NCBI GenBank assembly: GCA_028023455.1
Contig: JAQFVV010000007.1
Coordinates: forward strand, 12,152,001 to 12,216,000
DNA length: 64,000 nucleotides
Direction: 5' to 3'
From: Epiperipatus broadwayi
Lineage: Eukaryota > Animalia > Onychophora
The notes below the pieces were generated by a model that saw only the letters and a program-made list of their open reading frames with translations, made no database searches and was not told the origin of the DNA. Positions 52,626 to 64,000 of this stretch are shown here, one piece after another. The translations under genes were made by a program, and so were the position numbers. How positions within the stretch are numbered: position 1 is the first letter of the stretch; each line of letters starts with the position of its first letter.

Positions 52626-53344
52626 TTAGCCTAATTGTCTTTTTTATGGACAGTTACATTAGCAACCTATTACTCACTTACATATTTACAATATTCTTTC
52701 AATTTTTTCTGGGCATATGTATTCTATCTTTTAACTATATGTTGATGCATATTTATTTTATTTTAAAGAAACAGACAGGATACACAATCATTAATGTATT
52801 TTTATATGTAATCTACTCTTCAATAACAGAACTATAACCCTACTCAGTTCTTATTCAGACTATAACAATTGTGTAATATAAATATCCAAATAAAAATAAT
52901 TATACAATGGATTATTTTCATTATCTAATATTAAATTTTAAATGATTTTAGAAAAAGTCAAACTTTAGTTAAATTTTTAAAACACATTCAACTATTAAGA
53001 ATAACACACGTTTGAATTGTATTATTTTCTTTTTCCACTGTTACTGGTCTGACTTGTGACAATAACAAGAGGATTTTGATCTTTAGATTTAAGATGATGT
53101 TTTAACCAATTAACATATTTTATGAATGACAACAGTCAGTAAAAATATCATATACTTACACGATCACTACTGATTTCTCCACTTTTTTCTTAAAGCAAAA
53201 GTTAATGAGTGATTTTGATTTATATTATGCTCATCTCTTCTTTAAGTGATAGCCTCCAAAGATTCAGCTTTGAATACTGTGCTAGTAATAGGATTGGTCA
53301 GATCAGCAACATCTGGAGGGGAGACTAATGTAACTTGAAATGTT

Positions 53345-54095
53345 GTGCTATAGGATGGGATACCCAAAAATAACAAGAATCATTTACTGGAAAGTGAATG
53401 CATTGTTTTTACATGTTTTATCACTAAATGTCATGTGTGGGCATCCTATGCATCAGTCTGCTAACTGTTACGATCAAGTAAAATCATGGCAGGGTGTTTT
53501 TGTTAAATGCTTCTCACTTATTGTCAAATTTTGTAATGTCTGAAGAATTGTGTGAAATTCTGTTTTCTGTTTAGAAAAATGGCAGAATAAACAATTATGC
53601 CTGATACAGCTTACAAGCAATATGCTTAGGGAAAACAAGTTTATAAGTGGTTTAATAGAAGTGCCTCATTCAACATTTGTCCCAAATTATTATGGGAAGT
53701 CTGTTATCAATACGATGCTCATTTTTTTTATGCAAACAGCATTATTATGTCAGAATTTCTTTGTAATGGTCAGGCATTTTACCTAAACATTCTAAAACAT
53801 TTGCATGATGTGACAAAATTAATCACCCTGACTTATGACAATGTGGGGAGTGGAAGCTTTACCATGAAGATGTGCCAACACACAGATCCTTGAGTGTGAA
53901 TCAATTTTTAAATACAAGCAGCATGTGTCATTTTTTTATTCCTTCAAATAAAAAAATGCCTCGAAAATGTAGATTTAGAAGTGATGAAAAAAAATGGCAG
54001 ACATATTATTAGGCATTACATTGCAAGAATTTCAGAACGATTTTGAAAAGTGATAAATGTTGCACCAAATGAATAGTACTTCAAAAGAGATTCAA
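53345..54095 (+). mobile_element. Decayed, internally deleted mariner
   Basis: TIR-like gggatacccaaaaataac, then CVKFCFLF...TAYK...KQVYKWFNR, GEWKLYHEDVPTHRSLSVNQFL (decayed HHDNAPAH), FFLFLQIKK and a decayed EYF C-terminus. Confidence 0.85.
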
Positions 54096-56304
54096 TTTGA
54101 TACTCCAATAATTATCAGATTACTTAAAGAATAAGATCTATCTTTAGTGATGGGAGAGTGCCTGTCAATTTTAGTGCATGTGTAAAGAATAGATGCTTCT
54201 AGAATATTACAGATGTAAATTGTTATACCATCAACTAGTACACCATACATGCTAATAAAATTCAGGTCACAGATAGTTAAAATGAGTAACTTTCTTTTCT
54301 CTGTAACATATAAGCAGAATTTGTGTAAATAATATGCCAATTTAAAAATTAAGTTTATAATAAGCTGAAATTCTAATGTAGGCAACACCACAAGTTGTTG
54401 ATTTATTTAAGACATAATTTCTAATCATAGGTGGATCAACTATAGTTTTAAAACAGGTATTGATGAGAGAATGGAAGTGGTTTTAATGTGTGTGTGAAGA
54501 ATAATTTCTTCCACAATACTACAGGTAAAAATCGCTACATCATTAATTATTATATCTAGATATCCTAATAAAATTCAGTGCACAGGCAATTAAATTTGAA
54601 AAACTTTCTCTTCCTTGTGAATATGTGCAAGTAATATCCAGATTTAAAAAGAAAAAAACATGGCTTATAATAAGAACAAACCTTAAATTAGAGCATGGTC
54701 AATAAAACAATTATTGACAGAAGAGTGGGTGTCAATTTTAGCACATGTATAAAGAGTAGGTATTTCCATAATACTACAGATATATAAATTGCTATATTAT
54801 TAATTATTAAGTACAGCTATTTTTAAAAGTAAATCTCTACATTTCTACTAAAACAATTTAGGTTTATCCATCATCCTTTGTCTAATCCCACAAATTTAAT
54901 TTGACAGGTAAAGAAATTAAGTACACTTGAATAAATCTGAGTAAATCAAAATATAAGATTGGTAATTTGAAATCTATTCATTTCTTATTCATCTTTTATC
55001 TATTTGTATTTTTGTTATTGTTATTAAAATATAGATTTTTATTTCAGCTTTATATCTCTATTGCTTTGTAAAACAATTTTTATTTTAATAAGAACTATCA
55101 TTTACTCTAAAGTAAATAATCCCATGCTTTGTTTTAAAGAAAATATTACTGTGAATTTTGTTCCAAATGTTCCAGGGCGAGTAGTATTTTGGAACAATTT
55201 ACCACGAGTTAGAATTAAATATATTAATTTCCTGCTTTATTTATGTATATATATTTTTGTACTATTTTTGTTTTGTTTTGATCTACATATAATTAAATAT
55301 ATATACAATATGATAATATATTATTATACATATGGTGAAAGTTTTTAAATCTGTTAAATTATTAAAAAGTACTGATAATTTAACTAATTAAAGTCATATA
55401 TGAGCCATTCAGCTTCAATTGTTTTGAAAAGTCTGGAACCCTCTTAAATAAATTAAAAACTGGAATGTCATGTAAAATTGGGTTTCATATTGTTAACTTA
55501 AAATACTACTGAAAATCTTTTATTTTTTAAATATTAATGAAATTTTTTTATTTTTATTTTTTAAATATTAATGAAAAGTAGGTTTATTAGGTTTTTTATT
55601 TTTTGATCCTCCATGAAATACTGTTGAAAATCAGGAGTTTTATTTTTTAAAAGCAAAAAACATAAATTGCCTTTTCATTTCTTTCATAGGCTTATAGCAA
55701 ACATAAATTAAATATTGATTTTTGAAAGATTTATGTAAATCATGATAACATATGTTAATTCAAAGTATTTAGTCACATGAATTGATAAAATATAACTGTA
55801 TGAAATAGCATTTTTGTTTTAAAATTATCACTAAAAATTGTTTTGTTAATTTCACATAAAATAATGGCAATTTTGTAATGACATGCATGAAATAAAGCAA
55901 ACTGATTTCTAGAGCTTATATAGATTTCAAGTGTTCAGCAGTAGCAGAACAAGAATTTCTAGTAAGAAAAAACTAAAATTCTATTATTTGTAAAAATAAT
56001 ATGCTTTATTTCATATTTTATAAGTTTCAAACTTTTGGTATATAGTATAATTCATATTTTAGAACCTCGTCACCATCTCTCCTCCCTGTAAACTATGACA
56101 CTTCACACTGGCATTATTAATTAACATTCGTACTTTATAAGTTATAATTTTTCAGTGTATAGTATAATTTGCATTTTAGAACTTATAATCTTTAAGTATT
56201 TGGAATTTGTAACTTGGTTTGATCAGTTTATTAATTAATTTTTTTTTTTCCAATTATTTTGGTTTTTGTCTTTACTTTTTGTGGTTAAGTACTATAAATT
56301 TGGG

Positions 56305-56483
56305 CTTGATGTAGCATACACAAGGCAACATTTTGAATTTTAAAACCCACCCAAAACCACCACTGACATACCATTTATCACTTGGATGTGTTGGAGATAG
56401 GAGTTTGAGTGGAATATTGCTAGAGAGAGGGGTTTGGGTAGAATTTAAAATTCAAAATAATGCCAAGAATGTACTACATCAGC
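56305..56483. mobile_element. MITE-like element with ~50-bp imperfect terminal inverted repeats
   Basis: ttgatgtagcatacacaaggcaacattttgaatttaaaacccacccaaaacc pairs with ggtttgggtagaatttaaaattcaaaataatgccaagaatgtactacatcag. Confidence 0.7.
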
Positions 56484-56696
56484 ACCTTGTATTCTTATAG
56501 ATATTTTGCAAAGATAAATCTCATGTATTTATTTATTGTGCAATATGTGAAAAATTAGAAGAAAAAAATTATTGGAAATTTTTTTACATTACAGTATTTG
56601 TAATTTTTTCCTCATAAATAAGAATTTCTAAAATCTGCTCCAGAGCAGATATTGTGTGAGAATGATGATATTTTAGAAAAGAAAACATAACTTGTT

Positions 56697-56778
56697 GAGA
56701 ACTTAGCTCAAAGATGTTGAGTATTTCTCTGATGAATGAGAACTTAGCTCAAAGATGTTGAGTATTTCTCTGATGAAT
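56697..56778. repeat. Perfect 41-bp tandem duplication
   Basis: gagaacttagctcaaagatgttgagtatttctctgatgaat occurs twice in a row. Confidence 0.95.
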
Positions 56779-58684
56779 ATGGTATTATAGCTCACATTGA
56801 AAAAGGTGACTAGTTTTCTCTCCATATTACCTGCAGCATCATCTTTGAAACTATGCACCTATTACATGAACATATTGCTTTGCTATTTGTTATAAAAACA
56901 TTAAAGAACTATTGTATCTGAATAATGAGTTACAACATGAAATGTGGCAGTGAGTTTAATCCTTTTATAGATCATCTTCATTACTCACTCTGTTATCATG
57001 AAATTTTGGAACCCATTTTGAAAAAAAAAATATTGCAAATCTTTATTTCACTACCATACAGATTTTGAATCATTTCAAGCAGGTTTTTTTTTTCTGAATT
57101 TAAACCAAAATTTAATGTTATTTAGTATTCCACCATGAGTTAAGTATTTCAGCTCATAATATAAACATTCTAATGGCTTTAATTTTTTATAGTAAATAGC
57201 TAAATAATGTCATTTCTAGTACTTATTCTGTATTATTTCAGGAATGGCATTTAAAGCAGCTTGGATCTAGAACTAATCACCAGTCATCATTTTAATAGGA
57301 CAGACCGAGTAGTTTAGTTTTAGTATTTTAAATATATGAAAGCATTCAATACTTAAACAATATTAATAACATTCAACAATCTCAATCTGTTGTCAAGGCA
57401 ACCTTCCTTAAACAATAAAGTTGGATATCCACTTTTATATGTGGTCTACTATGTTTCTATAGATACTAAATATTGCAACATGACTATGAAAGAATGAAAT
57501 TATTAATTCAAAGAAGTTTTAAAATATCTCATTAAATCTATAAATGTAACCTGTTCTGAAAGCAGACTAACAAAATAGTTAATTATAACATTCAACTGCA
57601 TCTCCAAATGTGTATTACTTAGATACTAAAGTTAATAATGCCAAAGAAGAGATAAATAAATAAATAGTGTAAGTCCACACTTAAGTAATATTAATCCAAT
57701 CAACATTCTCAATATGTTGTCAAGGTAACCTTCTTTACACAATAAAGGTGGAAATCCATATATATATATAAGATCCAATCAATAATCTCAAAATGTTCTC
57801 AAGGCAACCTCTTTAAACAATAAAGGTGGAAATCTATATATAAGATCTAATATGTTTATATAGACACTAAAGATTTTAACTTGGCTATAAAGAAATTGTA
57901 TGCATTTATGTGAGTATAGATATATGTAGAATGCTTTGTTTTTAATATTAAGATTGAATGTATTTAGAGAGTAAAAGATTACTGGCAGTAATGTTAAAAT
58001 AGTGAAGTGGACTGTGAAGGGAGAATGTAGTGCGAAGGAGAGTGTTGGTAAATAAAAGTACACACAAACTTTGAGTTAGATAATGATATATCTGAAAGTA
58101 TCGGTCTGTCTGCAGTTGTAGTCTTTAATAAGAAGATTTATTGCCATTAATATAATAACAAAAACTGCCATTTAATACATACATAATCTAGAAAGAAAAG
58201 TAAAAAAAAAACATATAAAAAAAAATTAAAAAAAAAAAATCTGTTAAACATTTTAGACTTTGCTGCTTGGATGGAATTTTTACTTTTTGTTTGTTTGTAA
58301 GCATTGATTTTTTCCTACATTAATAGTTAATGAACCCCCTCCCCCCTCCGCTTTTTAGTTCTAGAACCAATTATATACTCAATACTTTGATTAGGTCTTG
58401 TTTTTTATATATTGTTTTGTTTGAACAAAACTAAAATTGCCTTTACGAATCATAAATTTTGAGTGTGTGTATATTTTTCCGTTTATATAAAAATATATCT
58501 TTTTTCATATGTATGTTGTCATGTGTATCACTCGTATAAGACAGAGTGAATAGTTATAGGAAGCTTGAAGGTCTGAGTTCAAATTCCTTATAGTTAGTTA
58601 CATTAATTTCAGTATAAACAAGATACTTATATTTAAATATTATATATATATGCAAAACCACAAAACAATACAATAATAGATTAA

Positions 58685-58756
58685 ATTCAAAATTTTATCA
58701 AAATCCTTACACAACCATGGTTTCATCTACTACAAATAGACCTTCTCAAGTGAAAA
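58685..58756 (-). ncRNA. Candidate U3-A8 variant hammerhead (family F, single copy)
   Basis: Minus strand reads ttcac-TTGAGAA-g-gtcta-tttgtag-tagat-GAAA-ccatgg-TT-gtgtaa. Confidence 0.5.
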
Positions 58757-59999
58757 TCAACCTAAAGGAAAACATATATATATACAAACAAACAAGCCTT
58801 CCCATAATTCATTTCAAACTCCACCTTCCCTTAATATCAAAAGAAGTCTTCATAAGATTGATAGCCTCAATAAAATTGTAAAAGACATATAAAGAGACCA
58901 CATGTGAGGTATATGGGAGAAAAGTTTGGTGGTGGGTTGTAAAAAAGATATGATAGGGATTTGATAACTGAATTAAATTTGAACTGACCTTTGTCTTGCA
59001 AAAGATTAAAAATGATATATATTTTATATACTATTAATTTACAAACACTTACATGTAATTTATACATAATTATTTTAATGTTATAAAAAACTCCTGCAAT
59101 ATCACATGACAACAGCTTACATAATTCTCTTCAAAAACATATAATGTATATACTAAATTGTGAATAAGTGCATAGTAATGCTTATCAATATATATATTGT
59201 TTAAAAATCACAGATCGCAAAAGCAGTTTAATCTAGTAGTAAAAAAGAAGGCTCAAAATTAAAAGTACTTGGATGGATTTATTCACACTTAATAAGGTTT
59301 TTTTTAAAAAAAATATTGACTAGTTAACCAGAACTCTTGTGCACAACCTGTCACTCAGGAATTCAAATGTCACTTTACCCTTCTTGATCAACTAACTACA
59401 ATTTTATTACATTTCATTTTCTAAATTAGTTGTTTTACTTATCAACTTTTAAAAATTTATTGGATAATTTTTTAGATATTATTGAAATGTTTTAAATATA
59501 ATTAATAAAATAAATCATTGGACAGTTTATTTGTCAATATATCTTGTAATATTTAAGCAACACAAGTAGTAGATTTTGTTTTGATTTTTTTAAGTTCTCA
59601 TCTTCAGAACTGTAATCACTGTACTTGACAACAAATGTCAGTTTGGTGAAGTGGCAAAGAGCAGACAATAGAGCTCAAGGTTTGTAAAATATGGCTTGTT
59701 TTATTCACTTTTAGTGCTCTACTTTTTAAGCATTCAAGAACAAAAAAAGACATTAGATTAATAGTAAATTGTTTGTTTTTTTTCCATGTGAAAATGCCCT
59801 GAAAGTAGTTCTGTTTTTATTTCAATCACATTCAAAATAGACATTGCAGTTCATGAAGATGGTGGATATGAGATAGTTTATGTATATATCATATCTCACT
59901 TAAATTATCAATTTTATCATTTTTACTGAAGCATTTTCAAGTTCGGGTGTGACAAAAATGAAGGTATGCTCATTTTTGTTCATCTATTTATTGAAATAG

Positions 60000-62900
60000 C
60001 AGAATGAACAAGAGTTTTAACATTCTGGCCAGGAAAATAGTAGTATTAACTCAGCTATGGCTTCTCATAGTGGTTACACTGCTAAGCAAAGTGCTAGTAG
60101 GCCTAGATTAACCACACAGCAAAAGGATAATAAGACAGTATTTAATGATTCAAAACTGATAAACACCACTCAGGACATGACAAACAGCAAGAAAAAACCC
60201 CAAACAAGCATCCATAACCAAAAAGGAAAATTCTCTGCTTCAAAAAAGCAAGCTACTTCTCAAAAGCAAAACATTGGTACAGCTGTAAATAGCGTACATG
60301 TAGGAAATCTTAAAGAAAATACCAAATCTGTACTAAATAAATCTAATTCAAGTTTGATTGAGGAAAGTAATGATAGAAACTCCAAAAATGAACAAAATGA
60401 CACTAGTAATAATTTGTTTCAAAGAAAAACTCAAACAGTTAAAGATAAAAATAAAAGAATGGCAAATTTAAAAAAAAAAGATGGTGCTCAACAGGAAGTA
60501 GTTGATCAATGGTGCAACAATGTATTTTTCATTCCAAACAATCATTTTAAACATGAATCTAAAACAAAATAATTTAAAATTAAGTAAAAGTACAATTTCT
60601 CCATCTAAATCAAATGGTATTAATCCCCCTGTAACAAGTTATCAATCAGAATTCAGACCCTGAATCTTCTCGTGAAAATTACGGCAATACTCACGACTGT
60701 AAAAAAACACAAGTTATAACATGTTTGGTATGTGAACAAAAACTGATGGTTTTAATTTTCCAAGCCTACAATCTCACTTAAATACTAAAAATCCTCAAAT
60801 AAATAATTACAGTTGCTTCTCAAAGCAAGATAAACATTCTGATTCACAGAAATGAGCAAGCTATGCTGCTGCAGTGGGGATAGGTAAAAATAACAATCAG
60901 AAGCAAAGAATAAAAGATCACTCTTCTCCATACACTATTTTAGACCTTAATGAGAAATATGATAACAAAACTGTCAAAATGAATGAGTCACTCCAGAATC
61001 AAGACAAAAGCAATATAAACCTAGATAATTATCAGGTCATTAGTCAGGAGTTCAACTCCAAAATATCACCAATTCTTTATAATTCATTTTTGAACTATCA
61101 TAATGAAAATACATTAATTTTAAGGACTACCAATAACAACTGCAACCTGTTTCCATTTCCTACTGATGAATTCTTTGAACTTCTGGCAAAACAACAACTT
61201 GGGGATGCAATTAAAAAAATATACCATCACCCAAACAGAAGATACCTCATTATAGAGTTTCACAATGTAATGCAGAAGGAACTATTCAAAAGATCTCATC
61301 CAATGTTAAAACAGTGATATTTAGTGAACATAGATAGGAACTGACCCAGAATGGCATACATGCTTGCTCATAACTGTTACATCAATTTTACTGAGATAGA
61401 TCTCCAAAGGCTCTTAGTTAAACATGGTGTGATCACACATTTTAGATATCTGTCAGAAAAAATGAGCAGTTATTGAACTCCTTTTTAATAGTGCTGCTTT
61501 TGCATTTGAAACTCAATGCAGGATTTTCCCCACTAGACCTTCCCTCCATGTTGGAGGGAAAGAAATGCCCAATCTTCTTATCAATTTGATGTGTACAACT
61601 GCAATGTTTTCTTTGTGGTAAGCAAACACATTTGGTTAAATCTTGTCCAAAGAAGATCTTCCAAACATACAATGCCAAGAAAACTAAAACACACTAATGC
61701 AAGACATCTCCAATAGATTCGAGACAGCAGCCACAATCAACAGCTTCAGAAACCAAACTCAAGAGTTAAATATAATGCAAACTCAATCAACTAAACAATT
61801 TGTCCTGTCTGGGAATCAAATGGATTCACAGCAAACTATCATTATACAACAACAAGACACTAAATGAACCATCTCATCCCTGATGATTCACATGGCAATG
61901 ATGAATATATCTCTTTGTGTGAAACTTCCAATGGGGAAATGGAGAACCTACATGACAGTAGTAATACAGCAGAATGAAAAGAAAGACAGAAGACCTTTCT
62001 AGCTCACAGCCTGAAGAAACTAACAGTTCATCTACTGATTTAGACTTGGGAAATGATGCTCAACATCAAGTATTGAATAATACATCTAGTCCAAGAAGTA
62101 AGGAAAAAAAGATCCAGGTTAGCTGAGCTTATAGGCCACAAACTGGACTCATCTCATGATATAGTGATGACAAACACAATAAAAAAATGCATCCCAAATT
62201 TACACAGAGCACTACACCACTCATGTCAACTGGAACCATATCTACTTCTGTACCTGCTAACACTGAACCTCAAATCAGTCAATCTCTTGATTTTACGGAT
62301 CAGTTAACACTGATTGCTGACCTGATCATTGAGCAATATTATTATGAACTAGTGTCTTCTTTCTCATTGTCTAATTATGCTACTTAAAATCAGTGGAATT
62401 AATGCTAGGGGTCTTAACTCTCTTGACTGAGCTTTTGCCATTAAGCAATGGTTAGATGCAGTCAATCTACACATAGCATGCCTATCTGAGATCAAGCTTC
62501 ATTGGTAATCCAATCACAAAATAAACCTGACACTGAATCAATTTGGAATGATGCAATATCTCCCATCTGACACAGCTACCCCAGGAGCAGCTTTCCTAAT
62601 CAATAAGAAATTTGGCTATGATAAATATAGAATGCTCTGTTAAGCAAAAAAACTATTTATTTTAGATATAACAATAGGCAACACACCATTAATTATAATT
62701 TTCATTTACATAAAAATGATCCTGACCTTGTCTTATCAATAGTAAATTGAATTAATGCCTTGCTTTCCACTGTGGTATCTCCTATTGTGTGCTTTGGTGA
62801 TTTCAATATGGGATATCACAAGTTCAATATAAAATATCTTCATCTTTTCAATAGAGTCATTCTACGTGGAGAGGACTGTTTTCTATTAAACTCCTTCTCA

Positions 62901-64000
62901 TTCTACATACTCTGGAGCAAAACACTAATATTTGCTTTACTATACTCCTGAGCCTTACCATGATATTGAAGCCAAATTGCAATTTGTGCCATTTTACAAT
63001 CATTTATATCACTGTGCCTTGACCCTGCAGCCCCAATCCTTAAAAATTATATCAAAATGATCAGGCTTTTAAATAAAACTGATACTCTGGAATGGATAAT
63101 TTCAGAGGACTACATCTTGTTCAATAAGATCTGGATTTTCTCACTCTCTGCTGCATGCTTGGTCTGCCTTTGTTGGAATTTTAAATTCCTTAATTGACAC
63201 CTACACAAGGAAGACCAAAGGTCCTAACCAGTTACTCAGAGAGCTTGACCACATTGGGGACAAGGTTTCTAGTCTGTGATCTTCCGACATCAGTGTTGGA
63301 GAAATTGTAAATCTAAAAAAATAATATAATGAAAAGCAGAGAGTGCTTGCTCAATATGTAGCAACCATAAGAGCCAAACTATTCCTGGCAAACCAACAGA
63401 ATTGGACCCACAGTTATATCTGCTGGGAAATTGGTGCTTCTAGGCAGACTACCCCATCCATGAAAACCATTGACCAAAACAATTATGGAGGGTCTACTAT
63501 GTTAATGAAAATCCACCAGTTCTTTAAAGAAAAACTACAGAATGTCAACTTGGAGCTAGGTGACACATGGAATGATATGGATAAATGTGAAGATCACAAC
63601 ATTACAGAGGCTTAGATAGTCTAAAGGCTCCTGGCTTATCTGGGGAACATTCATCCTGGTTTCCATGCTTTGTTCTGCTATATTTAAGCCAGTTCATTGC
63701 ACCCATACTTCAGAGAATAATTGATGATCTGGCAGGAGAGGGCATCAACATTGCTGATCTCTACCCTATAGCTCTTGTTCTTTTCATGATAAAGCAAATC
63801 AAAGATTTTTGCAATATTCAGCCCATATCTCTGACTCTGCTGCTCATCAAAACCATTGAGTCCACAATCAAAAACAGAATCTAAGATCAACTATTCACCC
63901 ATATTACAGCTTATCAATTTGCCTGCAAAGATTCCTTCACCATTGAGACTGTGCAGTGGTTTACATTCCTCATAGAACATGTTAGGCACCACAGAATGTC
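60000..64000 (+). mobile_element. Decayed Tx1/L1-type LINE (ORF1 and ORF2), continuing past the window end
   Basis: ORF1 remnants at 60057-62387 include the zinc knuckle CFLCGKQTHLVKSC (61605-61646). ORF2 starts at ATG 62377 with APE motifs LKISGINARGLN, IACLSEIK and GDFN (62796-62807). RT start QPISLTLLLIKTIESTIKNRI is at ~63820. Confidence 0.9.

Noticed and set aside
56729-56760. ctgatgaatgagaacttagctcaaag as a hammerhead
   Set aside because: It is created by the junction of the 41-bp duplication and has no stem I or stem III.

Overview
AT-rich metazoan genomic DNA (roughly 25-30% GC by eye; probably an invertebrate). It is CpG-depleted outside a few islands and consists mostly of decayed repeats. 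No prokaryotic features, rRNA, intact tRNA gene or CRISPR array were seen. Recognisable transposon remnants: RTE-clade LINEs (1.55-3.6 kb minus; 9.2-9.5 kb plus; 22.2-24.0 kb plus), three 3' ends of an L2/Daphne-like LINE (10.4, 33.6, 34.0 kb), two internally deleted mariners (11.8, 53.3 kb) and a Tx1/L1-type LINE (60-64 kb running off the window, plus a separate 3' fragment at 45.4-45.9 kb). The main result is a dense set of small non-coding elements carrying minimal type I hammerhead ribozyme (HHR) motifs with palindromic stem III, the form known from Penelope-like elements and non-LTR retrozymes. I count about 13 motif copies in about 6 sequence families. The two youngest are a 404-bp unit with a near-canonical HHR (13354-13805) and a ~400-bp x 2.5 tandem array with an A9U-variant HHR in each unit (14773-15794). 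Older copies show head-to-head 5' inversions, one has a 12-bp target-site duplication inside an RTE, and one family has a candidate U3-A8 core. A tentative spliced host gene of unknown product lies on the minus strand at 37.4-38.6 kb inside a CpG-retaining island. Most entries in the ORF track are microsatellite or antisense artefacts.
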